Below, in pieces: positions 10,041-20,042 of a stretch of DNA of 64,000 nucleotides. The position numbers and the translations under genes are program-made. Where the stretch lies: positions 496,001-560,000 of the forward strand of contig OW569355.1 of the NCBI GenBank assembly GCA_937625935.1. The letters run 5' to 3'. Below the pieces are notes generated by a model. The model did not search any database, was not told where the DNA came from, and saw only the letters and a program-made list of their open reading frames with translations. The stretch comes from Tetramitus jugosus. Taxonomy: Eukaryota > Protista > Heterolobosea. How positions within the stretch are numbered: the first letter of the stretch is position 1; each line of letters begins with the position of its first letter.

Positions 10041-11630
10041 TCATCTCTCGTGAATACCAATGACGATCGCAGATAATGTAGGTTTCTCGACGTGCATCGA
10101 AAGATCATACGATGAGCCTCTGTGGTTAATTTTTAGGGTGTTTAAGTCCTCAGCTAGATTCTGTCCTCCACTTGTCATCAATGAGGGAAATTTTGTTCGT
10201 GAGGAATCAGATAATAGAGAGTGAATCGATATGTTTTCAATGACTCCAGTGCTTGACAGCACTGGATTTGTCATGTTCATAACTCTCAGACAGGATACGG
10301 GGTTAGAGCTTCCACATCTCATGATACCACAAATGTCACAAGGTAGTGCTGGCCATACATGTCCAGAGGCAGCCACAGCCATGAACAGTGAATTATCTTG
10401 GAAATCCTGTGGGGATGCATCGAAATCAAGCTCGCATTTGACATCACCAGCTGTCAACTCATAGTGGTATGATTTACCAGGGACTAAAAGAAACGGTTCA
10501 ATTGATACAATAGGATCACTCTCCTCTGTTTCCAATGAGTGACCAGCAGGCTTAATGTGCCTCGATCTCTTATTTAAATTCTTTGCCACAGGAATCGATC
10601 CTACCAACAGAGTATTTTTCGGCACGTTTGTATTGGTTACAGATGCAACTGAATCTCCATTCACGTGAATTCCACTGCCAGATGTCTTCCAACTCGTACC
10701 GCTGTTGGATCCGAGGATCGTGACAGAATGATCATAAGAATATCCCTGTTGAGTTTGAAGACCGTTCAACACGGGTGGAAAGTTGACCCACCACGAGGAA
10801 TAAGCAATGATCGATACACTCTGATTATAGATCAACTCTAAAGCAGGTCTATCGAACAGGATATCATAACAAATGAGCAGACCAACTCTGCCAAATTCAG
10901 TCTCAAAAAACACTGGCTTACCCTTGCCAGCATCAAACACTTCTGATTCATAATACAAGTTTGTCTTGTGATACTTGGTCAAGAGTGTTCCATTCGGACT
11001 GAAAGCCACCTGCGTATTGTACTGATACCGCTTGTCAGATGGACAACCCTTGTCCTCACTAGTGCAAAACTGAACATCACCCATATTTAACACAATATAC
11101 ATGCCATATTCGATCGCCAAACAACTCGTCCTTCTCAACACTGCAAAATCCATGGTATCATTTGGATAGGACAAGCAGGGATTCATCACCTCATTCGGAA
11201 TCGATTCCAAAAAGTAATAAATGGTATCTCGATCATACGACGGTCCATACAGTCCATACTCTGGAAAGACAATGAGTCTTGCACCTTGTTCGTAAGCAGG
11301 TTTGATCATTTCGAGCTCAAACATGTCCAATGTTCTCCTCATGATATCCACCGCTTGTGCCTTGGACTTTACAATGTGAATCTTGGAACCGACGAGTAAT
11401 GTTTCGGCAACTGCCACCGTAACTTTTGACTCAGCAGTGCTGAGGTGCAAGTTCTGATGCAGGTGGTCGTGGTCAGTTGTTGGATCATCCAACAATTGAA
11501 TGTTCATATGTTGTCTCTTCAATCGATTGCTGCTGCTGTCATTGTTGTTCTTGGATGGATGAACAAGGTGAGAGACAAGAACGGCAGCGAAACATGCAGC
11601 AAAGATTAACCATGTTGTTATTCCTCTCAT
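10041..11630 (-). CDS. Secreted vanin/biotinidase-like carbon-nitrogen hydrolase
   Basis: Hydrophobic signal peptide; Glu-Lys-Cys triad motifs LIVFPEYG, YHKTNLY, ICYDILF; Cys-rich C-terminal domain. Confidence 0.85.
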   Translation of the reverse strand: MRGITTWLIFAACFAAVLVSHLVHPSKNNNDSSSNRLKRQHMNIQLLDDPTTDHDHLHQNLHLSTAESKVTVAVAETLLVGSKIHIVKSKAQAVDIMRRTLDMFELEMIKPAYEQGARLIVFPEYGLYGPSYDRDTIYYFLESIPNEVMNPCLSYPNDTMDFAVLRRTSCLAIEYGMYIVLNMGDVQFCTSEDKGCPSDKRYQYNTQVAFSPNGTLLTKYHKTNLYYESEVFDAGKGKPVFFETEFGRVGLLICYDILFDRPALELIYNQSVSIIAYSSWWVNFPPVLNGLQTQQGYSYDHSVTILGSNSGTSWKTSGSGIHVNGDSVASVTNTNVPKNTLLVGSIPVAKNLNKRSRHIKPAGHSLETEESDPIVSIEPFLLVPGKSYHYELTAGDVKCELDFDASPQDFQDNSLFMAVAASGHVWPALPCDICGIMRCGSSNPVSCLRVMNMTNPVLSSTGVIENISIHSLLSDSSRTKFPSLMTSGGQNLAEDLNTLKINHRGSSYDLSMHVEKPTLSAIVIGIHER

Positions 11631-11976
11631 TGTGACAAATTGAATTCCAGGGTTGATTGCACGGTTTCGCGAAATGATTTGTTGTTTCTTCTCTAGAGAT
11701 GGAATTCAATGTTTAGGAGTTATTGTCTTATTTTGCCGACGAGATCAAATGTCCTGTTCCAATTTGGTACCAAACAGATTTCTTGAACATCAAATGTCTC
11801 TGCATGACCGATAGGGAAACTGAACAGGAATCAATTTAATAACCCACGCAATGGTCTTCCACCTTCCAAAACTACAATACAATCTCACCAATGATTTCGA
11901 AGGTGAATGGTACCCTCGGCCTCGATGTTCCGTTCTTGGAGACCAATGGTCCTAAATAATTCATCCTCGCATGGCA

Positions 11977-11983
11977 TATAAAA
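11977..11983 (+). promoter_or_regulatory. TATA box upstream of first Hcp-like gene
   Basis: TATAAAA 62 nt before the ATG at 12039; an equivalent AAATAAA sits at 12896-12902 before the second copy. Confidence 0.5.
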
Positions 11984-12038
11984 GCCCACACCCGGCCAAC
12001 AGTTATCTTTCCAATCACTAGAACTTAAAAGCCAATCA

Positions 12039-12584
12039 ATGAACAAACCTATTGCATTACTCTCATACTTCTTGCTACTCGCCCTTTTCTCCTTCTGCCA
12101 TTCTGAATCGAATGCCTTTCTGACACTCAAGGGAAATCGACAAGGGGACATCCAAGGCAGTGTCACACAAAAGGGAAAAGAAGGTCAAATCCAAGTTGTG
12201 GCTTACGACTGGAGTATCGCTTCTCCCATAGATGCTGCTTCTGGTCAAGGGACTGGTAAAATTCAAATTCAACCTCTCAAGATTGTCAAACCAGTGGACA
12301 AATCGTCACCTCTACTTTTGAGTGCACTTGTGCAAGGAGAGACCTTGACCACATTCACTTTGAATTTTTGGACAGCTTCAGCAAGAGGAGTCCAAGAAAA
12401 CTATTACACAATCAAGCTGGTTAATGCAAGGATTATTTCCATTCATCAAGTGAGCCAAGACAATAGAGTGTCACCAACAATCCCATTGAGTGAGGAAGTC
12501 AGTTTCTCGTTCCAGTCTATTCAAGAAATTTGTACCAATGGCAACATCGTGTCACAGGCTAGTACGATCGACCGAACTCAGTGA
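12039..12584 (+). CDS. hcp: Hcp (type VI secretion tube protein) homologue with N-terminal signal peptide, copy 1
   Basis: NAFLTLKG..QGDIQGSVTQKG..G.I.V, SPIDAASG..TGK, KPVDKSSPLL..AL..GE.L, YYTIKL.NA.I.SI and EEVSFSF match the Hcp1 pattern; preceded by MNKPIALLSYFLLLALFSFCHS. Confidence 0.85.
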   Translation: MNKPIALLSYFLLLALFSFCHSESNAFLTLKGNRQGDIQGSVTQKGKEGQIQVVAYDWSIASPIDAASGQGTGKIQIQPLKIVKPVDKSSPLLLSALVQGETLTTFTLNFWTASARGVQENYYTIKLVNARIISIHQVSQDNRVSPTIPLSEEVSFSFQSIQEICTNGNIVSQASTIDRTQ

Positions 12585-12966
12585 TACACTCCAATGTACA
12601 GTAAAAACCGAGGGTGCCCCTCTTGATGTAGGAGAATTATTGTATTGTTTATTCGACCAGCTGGAGTTTGTCACGTAAGATGAGCTTACTACCAACGACT
12701 CGAAACAGACCTAAGTGAGACTGTTGGGCACTTGAGAACTACTTACTATCATCACAGTAACAACTGACAGTCACCCGATAGCAACATGAATGGTAGTATC
12801 CAGTTCCTGAATGACGTACCGAAATCATAAATTTCTCTTTATCGGATGTAGTGTGAATCGCTGCGGAATCCGCAAATAGCTCAGATCAGATCTTGAAATA
12901 AAGGTCAAATCCATTTCAACATTATCTTTCCGATGGTTCTAACCAACAGAAATCAACAAACCGACA

Positions 12967-13497
12967 ATGAACAAGCTGTTTGTATTGCTCTTTCTTCTAG
13001 CTCTCTTCTCTTTCTGCTTTGCTGAACCGAATGCCTTTCTGACACTAAAAGGAGTCAAACAAGGTGACATCCAAGGCAGTGTCACCCAAAGGGGAAAAGA
13101 AGGTCAAATCCAAGTTGTGGCTTATGACTGGAGCATCACTTCTCCAATCGATCCTGCGACGGGCCAAGCGACTGGTAAAATCCAAGTTCAACCCCTCAAG
13201 ATTGTCAAACCAGTGGACAAGTCTACTCCTAAATTACTGACTGCACTAGTACAAGGAGAAGTGTTGAACACTTTCACTTTGAATTTCTGGAGAGCGTCTT
13301 CAACTGGGGCACAACAAATTTATTACACTGTGAAACTGGTCAGTGCTAAGATTGTATCCATCCATCAGATTAGTCTTGACAATAGAGTATCACCAAACAT
13401 CCCATTGAGTGAGGAAGTTACCTTCGTTGCTCAGTCTGTACAAGAAATTTGGGTCGATGGTAACATCGTGTCACAAACGAGTACGACGAGTGCTTAA
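12967..13497 (+). CDS. hcp: Hcp homologue with N-terminal signal peptide, copy 2
   Basis: Tandem paralogue, about 76% identical to copy 1 over the mature region by manual count; signal peptide MNKLFVLLFLLALFSFCFA. Confidence 0.85.
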   Translation: MNKLFVLLFLLALFSFCFAEPNAFLTLKGVKQGDIQGSVTQRGKEGQIQVVAYDWSITSPIDPATGQATGKIQVQPLKIVKPVDKSTPKLLTALVQGEVLNTFTLNFWRASSTGAQQIYYTVKLVSAKIVSIHQISLDNRVSPNIPLSEEVTFVAQSVQEIWVDGNIVSQTSTTSA

Positions 13498-13617
13498 TGT
13501 AGGGATGAACTATTTTGTACAGTAAATAATAGTGTTCGTCTCCAGATCATTGTTCTTTGTTTCCTTGCCAGAAAAGAACCAATTGTTGATGATCATTAAA
13601 TTCTGTCATTCAATGAT

Positions 13618-14364
13618 TCAATGAGCGATATTGGTGAAGGATATCTCTTTTGGTATCCACTGTAGTCCATAACGATGTTCAATTTTGTCTAAATCCCTCT
13701 CCTTTCTTGAGATTTCACCTCTCTCGGGCTTCGATTGGGGTGAGGTTTGAACCTCCGCGGATTGCTGGTCCACATGATCTTCCTCAGATAGTTTGGTGAA
13801 ATAGGCTCTTATCTGTTTGTTCAATCGGTTCCTAAACCTTTGAACTTCCAAAATGTAGGGCTCTTCCTCTTCAATGGAAAAAATGGGTTCAACATACTCA
13901 AACTGCCCTCGACTTGGAGAGGGAGTTGGTTCCTTAACAGAGATCTTCTTCTTCCTTTCTTTACGGGGTTTCTCCCGAAGAAGAAAAGGTTTGGAATGGC
14001 TACCTGTTGACATATTACATCGTTTGCAATTCATACTATTCCTGTGATTCCGGTGACCGTTCCACATGATGGTACAAGTGTGTGGAGGGAGGTTGGAAAC
14101 AGCATGAACTGACAACACTTTTCGCTTTCGTTGTGGAATCAGAGGGCGTTTTTTCGTGTCGTTTTCATTCGACAGGTGATGGAGAAGATGGTCCATAGCT
14201 TCTCTTCTCTTCTTCTCGAGAGAAATCAACGCAGAGAGAGGAGCGTTGTGATTCATACACTTGTTCAAAACACGAAGATCATGATTCTCTCTTCTTACAA
14301 GTTCAGCCTTCACCATAGTCATTGGTGATTTTTGTTTCGGTGAATTGGTGGAAGTTCGTCCCAT
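13618..14364 (-). CDS. Hypothetical basic protein
   Basis: 248-aa ATG-initiated ORF, divergent from the NamZ-like gene; no family recognised. Confidence 0.5.
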   Translation of the reverse strand: MGRTSTNSPKQKSPMTMVKAELVRRENHDLRVLNKCMNHNAPLSALISLEKKRREAMDHLLHHLSNENDTKKRPLIPQRKRKVLSVHAVSNLPPHTCTIMWNGHRNHRNSMNCKRCNMSTGSHSKPFLLREKPRKERKKKISVKEPTPSPSRGQFEYVEPIFSIEEEEPYILEVQRFRNRLNKQIRAYFTKLSEEDHVDQQSAEVQTSPQSKPERGEISRKERDLDKIEHRYGLQWIPKEISFTNIAH

Positions 14365-14491
14365 AACGAGGGTTTCAACTTGACGAGCTTTGTTTTTTCT
14401 TTCCGTACGGAACGTAACGGTTCAGACCAACGGAGTTATTTCAATTGACCGACTTGCCAGAAAAGAAAGAAGGAGCGAAAGAAACAACAAG

Positions 14492-15769
14492 ATGACACGT
14501 TCTGCCCTTTGGTCGATTCTGACCACAGTTCTCATGTTGATGATTGGAACCTCAACATTGAGTGCTCTAAAAGCGAGGGAAAAGCCAATTGTAAAACCGG
14601 GCATCAATGGCGACATTGATCCACTCTTCTCTGGCCATAACATTGGACTCATTACGAATCCCAGTGGTGTCACCTTTAATTTTACAGCTACAATTGATTT
14701 GTTGTTTGCTGAAAAGACAAAGTACCGTCTCGTCTCCCTGTTCAGTCCAGAGCACGGTTTGAGAGGTGACCAACCACCAGGACAGCACACGTCCTCATAC
14801 GTGGATCCCATTACTGGACTGCCAGTATTTTCACTCTACGGTAATAATTTAGCGCCAACAAAGGAGCAAGTGCACAATGTGACAATGCTTGTGTTTGATT
14901 TGCAGGATGTGGGTGTTCGATGTTTTACGTACATGAGCACTCTGGCCAAAAGTTTGAGTGCCGCTGCCTCGTTCAATATTCCCTTTGTAGTTGTCGATCG
15001 TGTCAATCCGATTGGAGCCAGTGATCGCTGTGTACAAGGACCAGTGCTCGACATGGACTTTAAGTCATTTATTGGTATTTGGTCTATTCCATTGCAGCAT
15101 GGAATGACCATGGGAGAGCTTGCACTCATGTTTAATGAAGAGATGAGTATCCATCACCCGAATTTGCACATTTTGAAGATCCAAGGTGATTATTCGAATA
15201 GACTGCCACTGGACAGCTATGCTGTTACCTCGTGGTTACCACCAAGTCCTAATCTACCAACTCTAGAATCAGCATTCCTCTACCCTGGTATGGTTCTATT
15301 CGAGGCATTAGCAAATATATCACTGGGTCGAGGAACAGCCACTCCGTTCCAGATTGTGGGAGCACCCTTCATGGATCCATATGCAATCTTGCATTACCTG
15401 TACGATAAGCTAGTTGTGAATAATCCTGAGCTTGCTCAATTCCTCGATGGTGTAACGTTGGTACCTGCGTTCTGGGTGCCCACCACAGATATTCACACCG
15501 GTGTACAATGCTCGGGAATTCGTGTATTGGTCATCGATAGATCAAAGGTCAATCCAATTGGCTTGTCACTAGTCATTATGAGATCCATTATGGACATCTA
15601 TCCCGCCTCTCAACTCAAGTTTAGTGACAAGGGCTTCAACATTCGAATGGGATATGACGCCGCCACCGAGATGCTCAACAACGTACCTGTCCAGAACATG
15701 TTTTCTGAATGGAAACCTAATCTCGCGAAATTTATGGACAGAAGATCCAAATATCTAATCTACAAATAA
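14492..15769 (+). CDS. namZ: Secreted NamZ/YbbC (DUF1343) exo-beta-N-acetylmuramidase homologue
   Basis: IGLITNPSG, LFSPEHG.RG, DLQDVGVR.FTY, DRVNPIG, HGMTMGELA, PPSPNLP, YPG..LFE, S.GRGT..PF motifs; signal peptide from ATG 14492. Confidence 0.88.
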   Translation: MTRSALWSILTTVLMLMIGTSTLSALKAREKPIVKPGINGDIDPLFSGHNIGLITNPSGVTFNFTATIDLLFAEKTKYRLVSLFSPEHGLRGDQPPGQHTSSYVDPITGLPVFSLYGNNLAPTKEQVHNVTMLVFDLQDVGVRCFTYMSTLAKSLSAAASFNIPFVVVDRVNPIGASDRCVQGPVLDMDFKSFIGIWSIPLQHGMTMGELALMFNEEMSIHHPNLHILKIQGDYSNRLPLDSYAVTSWLPPSPNLPTLESAFLYPGMVLFEALANISLGRGTATPFQIVGAPFMDPYAILHYLYDKLVVNNPELAQFLDGVTLVPAFWVPTTDIHTGVQCSGIRVLVIDRSKVNPIGLSLVIMRSIMDIYPASQLKFSDKGFNIRMGYDAATEMLNNVPVQNMFSEWKPNLAKFMDRRSKYLIYK

Positions 15770-15955
15770 ATGAACACCCCCGAACTTGCTGCACGGTTCA
15801 CTCAGCAGCGTTGTATTCTCATGGGAGAGATCAATTTGGGACTTGAAGTTTTCTCCGAATTCTTATGTGGCGCAAAAACTTTTTTTCGATCCCAAGAACA
15901 ACAGAAAAAACAACAACATCCAGATCAATTAATAATCATCTCTCATTCACATACA

Positions 15956-16729
15956 ATGTCAGAAAAATTTCAATTCGTACGATACAAGAGCGGCAAGAAC
16001 ACATTTGAGATCCTGTGCAACACTGGCACCGTCCTCAAGTACCGCGATGGACAACTTCCGATTGAAAAAGTCCTATTCGCCGACACTGTTTACAAAAACT
16101 TTGGAACGGGAGATCGCGCCAAGGAGGCTGAGCTTTTGGAAACATTTGGCACATCAAACCAACAAGAATGCCTCCAAAAGATTTTAGAAGAAGGTGACTA
16201 CCATTTGTCAACCAAGGAGAGACAAGAGCTCGTGGACAAGAAGAGAAGAGAGATGATCACTTTTGTTCACAAGAACTATACTGATCCGCGCACAAAGGTA
16301 CCTCATCCATTGACTCGTGTCGAGCAAGTGATTCAGGATATGAAACTGAATGTGGATCCATTCAAACCAGCTGAGAAACAAGTTCAAGACATTTACTCCA
16401 AGTTGGTTGAGAAGATTCCACTCAAGAAGACATTGGTGTATGCTCAATTGATTTTGAAGCATCAATTCATTGGATCAGCAATGCCTCTTGCTCACAAGTA
16501 TGGTCAAGTGAGCGGTGAAAAGTATGATCACATTGGTGTTACCATGGATTTGGCTATTGTTCCTGGTGATTATGACGCCTTGGTCAATGATTTGCACAAG
16601 ATGTGCAAGGGTGACTACTCATTGGAGATTATGAGCTCCACTGGTGACAAGCTGAGTGTCAGTGCACCAGACTCTGGTTCCTCCTCTGCATCCTCTTCCA
16701 AGTCCGGTAAGAAGAAGGGCAGAAAATAA
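15956..16729 (+). CDS. SBDS/Sdo1-family ribosome maturation factor
   Basis: RYKSGKNTFEI, ETFGT...ILEEG...LSTKER, DPRTKVPHP..RVE, VDPFKPAEKQV; ATG at 15956 after an A/C-rich leader. Confidence 0.85.
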   Translation: MSEKFQFVRYKSGKNTFEILCNTGTVLKYRDGQLPIEKVLFADTVYKNFGTGDRAKEAELLETFGTSNQQECLQKILEEGDYHLSTKERQELVDKKRREMITFVHKNYTDPRTKVPHPLTRVEQVIQDMKLNVDPFKPAEKQVQDIYSKLVEKIPLKKTLVYAQLILKHQFIGSAMPLAHKYGQVSGEKYDHIGVTMDLAIVPGDYDALVNDLHKMCKGDYSLEIMSSTGDKLSVSAPDSGSSSASSSKSGKKKGRK

Positions 16730-17074
16730 TCGTGCATTCCAATTATTCACACATGTGTGTGTAATGCGCGTGATGCTTGTGCTGATTGAAGCAAACAAAG
16801 TTTCATCACTGACCGCGAACACCACTGCCCCTCATCCAAGCAAGCCATCTCTCTGATAGAACAAACATTTGAGGGTGTTTGATGTGGTTCGTTTTTTTGG
16901 TACTCTTACGAGTGCCTTCATGCAGTGGTTCAAATATCAAAGAGTAAAAATTCCTCTGACTTCTCTCTTTTCCTTTTTTTGCGCCAGATGGTAATCGGAC
17001 ATATTTTTGAATATCGCGACAGGTGTCAGAAACATAAAACAACACGAAGAGAGAACTTCGAAAGAACATAGGCC

Positions 17075-18916
17075 ATGGGCAGTCGCATCTCAAAGAGAGA
17101 AGCATTGGAAGATATCTATGATAATAATTTCTGGGCAGCTGCCATGGGTTACGACATTCCCATCAATCCAGTCGAAAACACCATATCAGAGAGATGGTGT
17201 GATGAAGCCATCCAGATGATTCATCAAGAGTTGCCCGAGGATGTCTGGATCATGGTGTTTGAGTTCTTGGAGAAGCGTGACCAACGAAATGTTCGCTTGT
17301 GTTGCAAGCCGTTTGACAAAATGGCCAACTTGGCCAACAATTCATTCCTGTTCAACCGAGATTCATCCATTTCGGCCATTGAAGTCATGAAACATCTAAA
17401 GTTGATTGAAAAGGTTGAAAAGAAGGTCAAGGATACTCAGAACTGCAATCGTGACTCTGGAGAGATGTTGCTATCGACACTTTTTGAAAATTATGATAAT
17501 AAGGAGGACGATTGTTCTCAATTCGTGCCATCACTAAGCTTGGGATATGGTCACAGATTGCTCGTGTTGGATTTCACAAGATTGTTGATCAATGACAGTG
17601 AATTGTTGTTTGTGATGAAGTGTTGCCCACTAGTGCACACGCTCAAGCTCAAGAAATGTACACGATTGAGTGCTGCCATATTCTACAAATTGGCACTCGA
17701 AGCAGAGAACTTGAAGAATTTGGATTTTCATGGTACTTTGCTCGATATTAGTGACTCATTCATAAAGTGGAGATCTGCAAAAGAGCAACAAATAGCAAAG
17801 AATAGTTGTGATGTATCCCAAGAAAAGGAACAAGGAGAAGAGGTAACATTGCCACAAATTCGCATGCAACTATCTTCTCTTTCCCTATCTATAACTCCGA
17901 GGCCAGTACTAACACATTTGTTGAGGTACATGGAATTGGAGCAGTCGTTGACTTGTATTCAGTTGGATTGTGAACATGCGGTCATTCAACTCGAATCGTC
18001 ATATGTGTTTGAGTCAATTCAAGAAGTTGTATGTATTAACTATAGCTCTCAACCACAATTTGAGAGTTCCTTTTCGGTCATGTTTCCAAACTTGAAGAAA
18101 TTGGCTCTGGTTTTGGATTACAAATATCAATACTACTACAATAACGGAATTAATTCGCTTTCACAGCAACTATTCCGATCATTGGGAACGTATATGACAG
18201 AGCTGGAATTCTTCAATGGCGAAATCGCTTCAGAAGACTTAATTCATGCCCTGAAAAGTATGACAAGCCTCACAAAGCTCACGGCTCTGAGTCAACACGT
18301 ACATACTGACAATATGTTTGATTTCTCATTGATAGAGCACTTGATACCCAACTTGAAGGTTCTACAGCTGGGTAACTATAGGTACAAGAATGTAGCAGCT
18401 CTTCAAAGTGCGCCGAAGTTGACTGTTCTGGCCTTGGACTCTTCACCGAATCAATCGTTTGATCATGAACTTGGAGCTACCATTAATGTGCTTGCCCCAC
18501 AGTTGACTACGCTTCTACTGGGAGCACTCTCCTGTGCACGTCCTCAATCGTTAATAGAAGCATTTTCAAAGCTTAAATATATTGAAACAATTGACCTGAA
18601 GAACATAAGGCTTACGAGTGATGCAACCAGCCAATTGCTATACAGCATGGCCTCGAATCCTAATCTCGCTATTTCCTTGAAAGAATTACAAATACTTGGA
18701 TCACCTATTTCGTCTGTTGAGCCACTGATTTTGTTGGTGCGGAGATCGACATGCCTGCGATGTATTGATATCTCTCTGAGCCAGAACATTGATGATGATT
18801 CCAATTTGCGTCGTTTGTGTGACAGGAAAAAGGTGTTGCTGGTACACATGGCTTCCCATTATTCAACACGTTCATTTGAGGCAATCACCAGAACCAGTCG
18901 AAGAATCTTCATGTAA
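17075..18916 (+). CDS. F-box/leucine-rich repeat protein
   Basis: F-box ELPEDVWIMVFEFL...VRLCCK; repeated LxxLxL units (PNLKKLAL, PNLKVLQL, PKLTVLAL, LKELQI). Confidence 0.82.
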   Translation: MGSRISKREALEDIYDNNFWAAAMGYDIPINPVENTISERWCDEAIQMIHQELPEDVWIMVFEFLEKRDQRNVRLCCKPFDKMANLANNSFLFNRDSSISAIEVMKHLKLIEKVEKKVKDTQNCNRDSGEMLLSTLFENYDNKEDDCSQFVPSLSLGYGHRLLVLDFTRLLINDSELLFVMKCCPLVHTLKLKKCTRLSAAIFYKLALEAENLKNLDFHGTLLDISDSFIKWRSAKEQQIAKNSCDVSQEKEQGEEVTLPQIRMQLSSLSLSITPRPVLTHLLRYMELEQSLTCIQLDCEHAVIQLESSYVFESIQEVVCINYSSQPQFESSFSVMFPNLKKLALVLDYKYQYYYNNGINSLSQQLFRSLGTYMTELEFFNGEIASEDLIHALKSMTSLTKLTALSQHVHTDNMFDFSLIEHLIPNLKVLQLGNYRYKNVAALQSAPKLTVLALDSSPNQSFDHELGATINVLAPQLTTLLLGALSCARPQSLIEAFSKLKYIETIDLKNIRLTSDATSQLLYSMASNPNLAISLKELQILGSPISSVEPLILLVRRSTCLRCIDISLSQNIDDDSNLRRLCDRKKVLLVHMASHYSTRSFEAITRTSRRIFM

Positions 18917-19161
18917 ATAAACGTCAGAATACACCACACTCGAATCAGCATTGCAGAGAAGGCCAGAAAGAACAAAGCACCAGTCAACCAAATCCCCATC
19001 ACCCGTCAACCCTCCGTTTCTCCGCCTTGTCACTTGATCGGCGGATCGCCACACAAATTGTAGAAGAAAAATTTCATCTGCCTTTGTTTGCTTGATTGCG
19101 CTCCAAAGCAAACACACAGAAAAAAAGCATCATCACACAAGTGTCATCCTAATCATCAACA

Positions 19162-20042
19162 ATGGTACGTACTCACTCAACAACAACAACAACCATAAAG
19201 CTTTCACTGACAGTAGTGATCTTGAATGTCCAAAAAGCTAACACATACTTTTTTTCAACCACCAATCACCAAAAAAACAAAAATTGTAGTCCATTTCCAG
19301 TGAGCCATATATTCAATGCATCAAGAACACCCTTGAAGCAGCCTTGTGCTTGGAGAACTTTGCCTCTCAAATCGTTGAGAGACACAACAAGCCAGAAGTC
19401 GAAGCAGGGTAGGTTGTTTTTTTTTCGTGTCCATAATCGTTTTTTTTCATATTGACTCACACCACATATTCTCTCTTTTTATTTGTCAAATGATATCATG
19501 TCTTATTCAACAACAATCACATGACGATTTCCTATCAACAACAACAACAACAACAATACCACTTCTCAACAACAATAACAACAATAACATTTCATGTGTG
19601 TGACATACAACAACAATAACATGTGACAATCATCAATTACTCTTTCACACTGTACAGTGCAAGCAAGGAACTATTGTTGAATCCAGTCATCATCAGTCGT
19701 GATGCTCAAGAGAGAATCAAGATTGAAGGTTCAATCAACTCTGTCCGTATCTCTGTTTCATTCAGAAAGAGTGATGAGACTGAAGAAATTTTGGCCAAGC
19801 GTTACATGCGTTTCTTGATGCAACGTGCTGAGAGCTTCAAGGTCTTGAGAAGAAAGCCAATGAAGGGCTATGATATTTCATTCTTGATTACCAACTTCCA
19901 CACTGAAGAGATGTACAAGGATTTGTTGATCAACTTTATTCTCGAGTTCATTAAGGATATCGATAGAGATATTAAGGACATGAAGTTGCAACAGACTGCT
20001 CGTGCTCGTGCTGTCGCAAGAGCCTTCTTGTCCACCTTCTAA
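19162..20042 (+). CDS. ARPC4: Arp2/3 complex subunit 4, join(19162..19164,19290..19408,19658..20042)
   Basis: Spliced product contains [61 protein letters not shown]; both GT-AG introns keep the frame. Confidence 0.95.

Noticed and set aside
11700-15800. A bacterial contaminant or complete T6SS locus
   Set aside because: No other T6SS genes or operon structure; composition and UTR motifs match the neighbouring eukaryotic genes. Only read-level data can fully exclude a chimera.
14390-15955. Upstream starts at 14390 (NamZ) and 15770 (SBDS) from the ORF track
   Set aside because: The extensions run through promoter or leader sequence; the downstream ATGs at 14492 and 15956 give a proper signal peptide and the family N-terminus.
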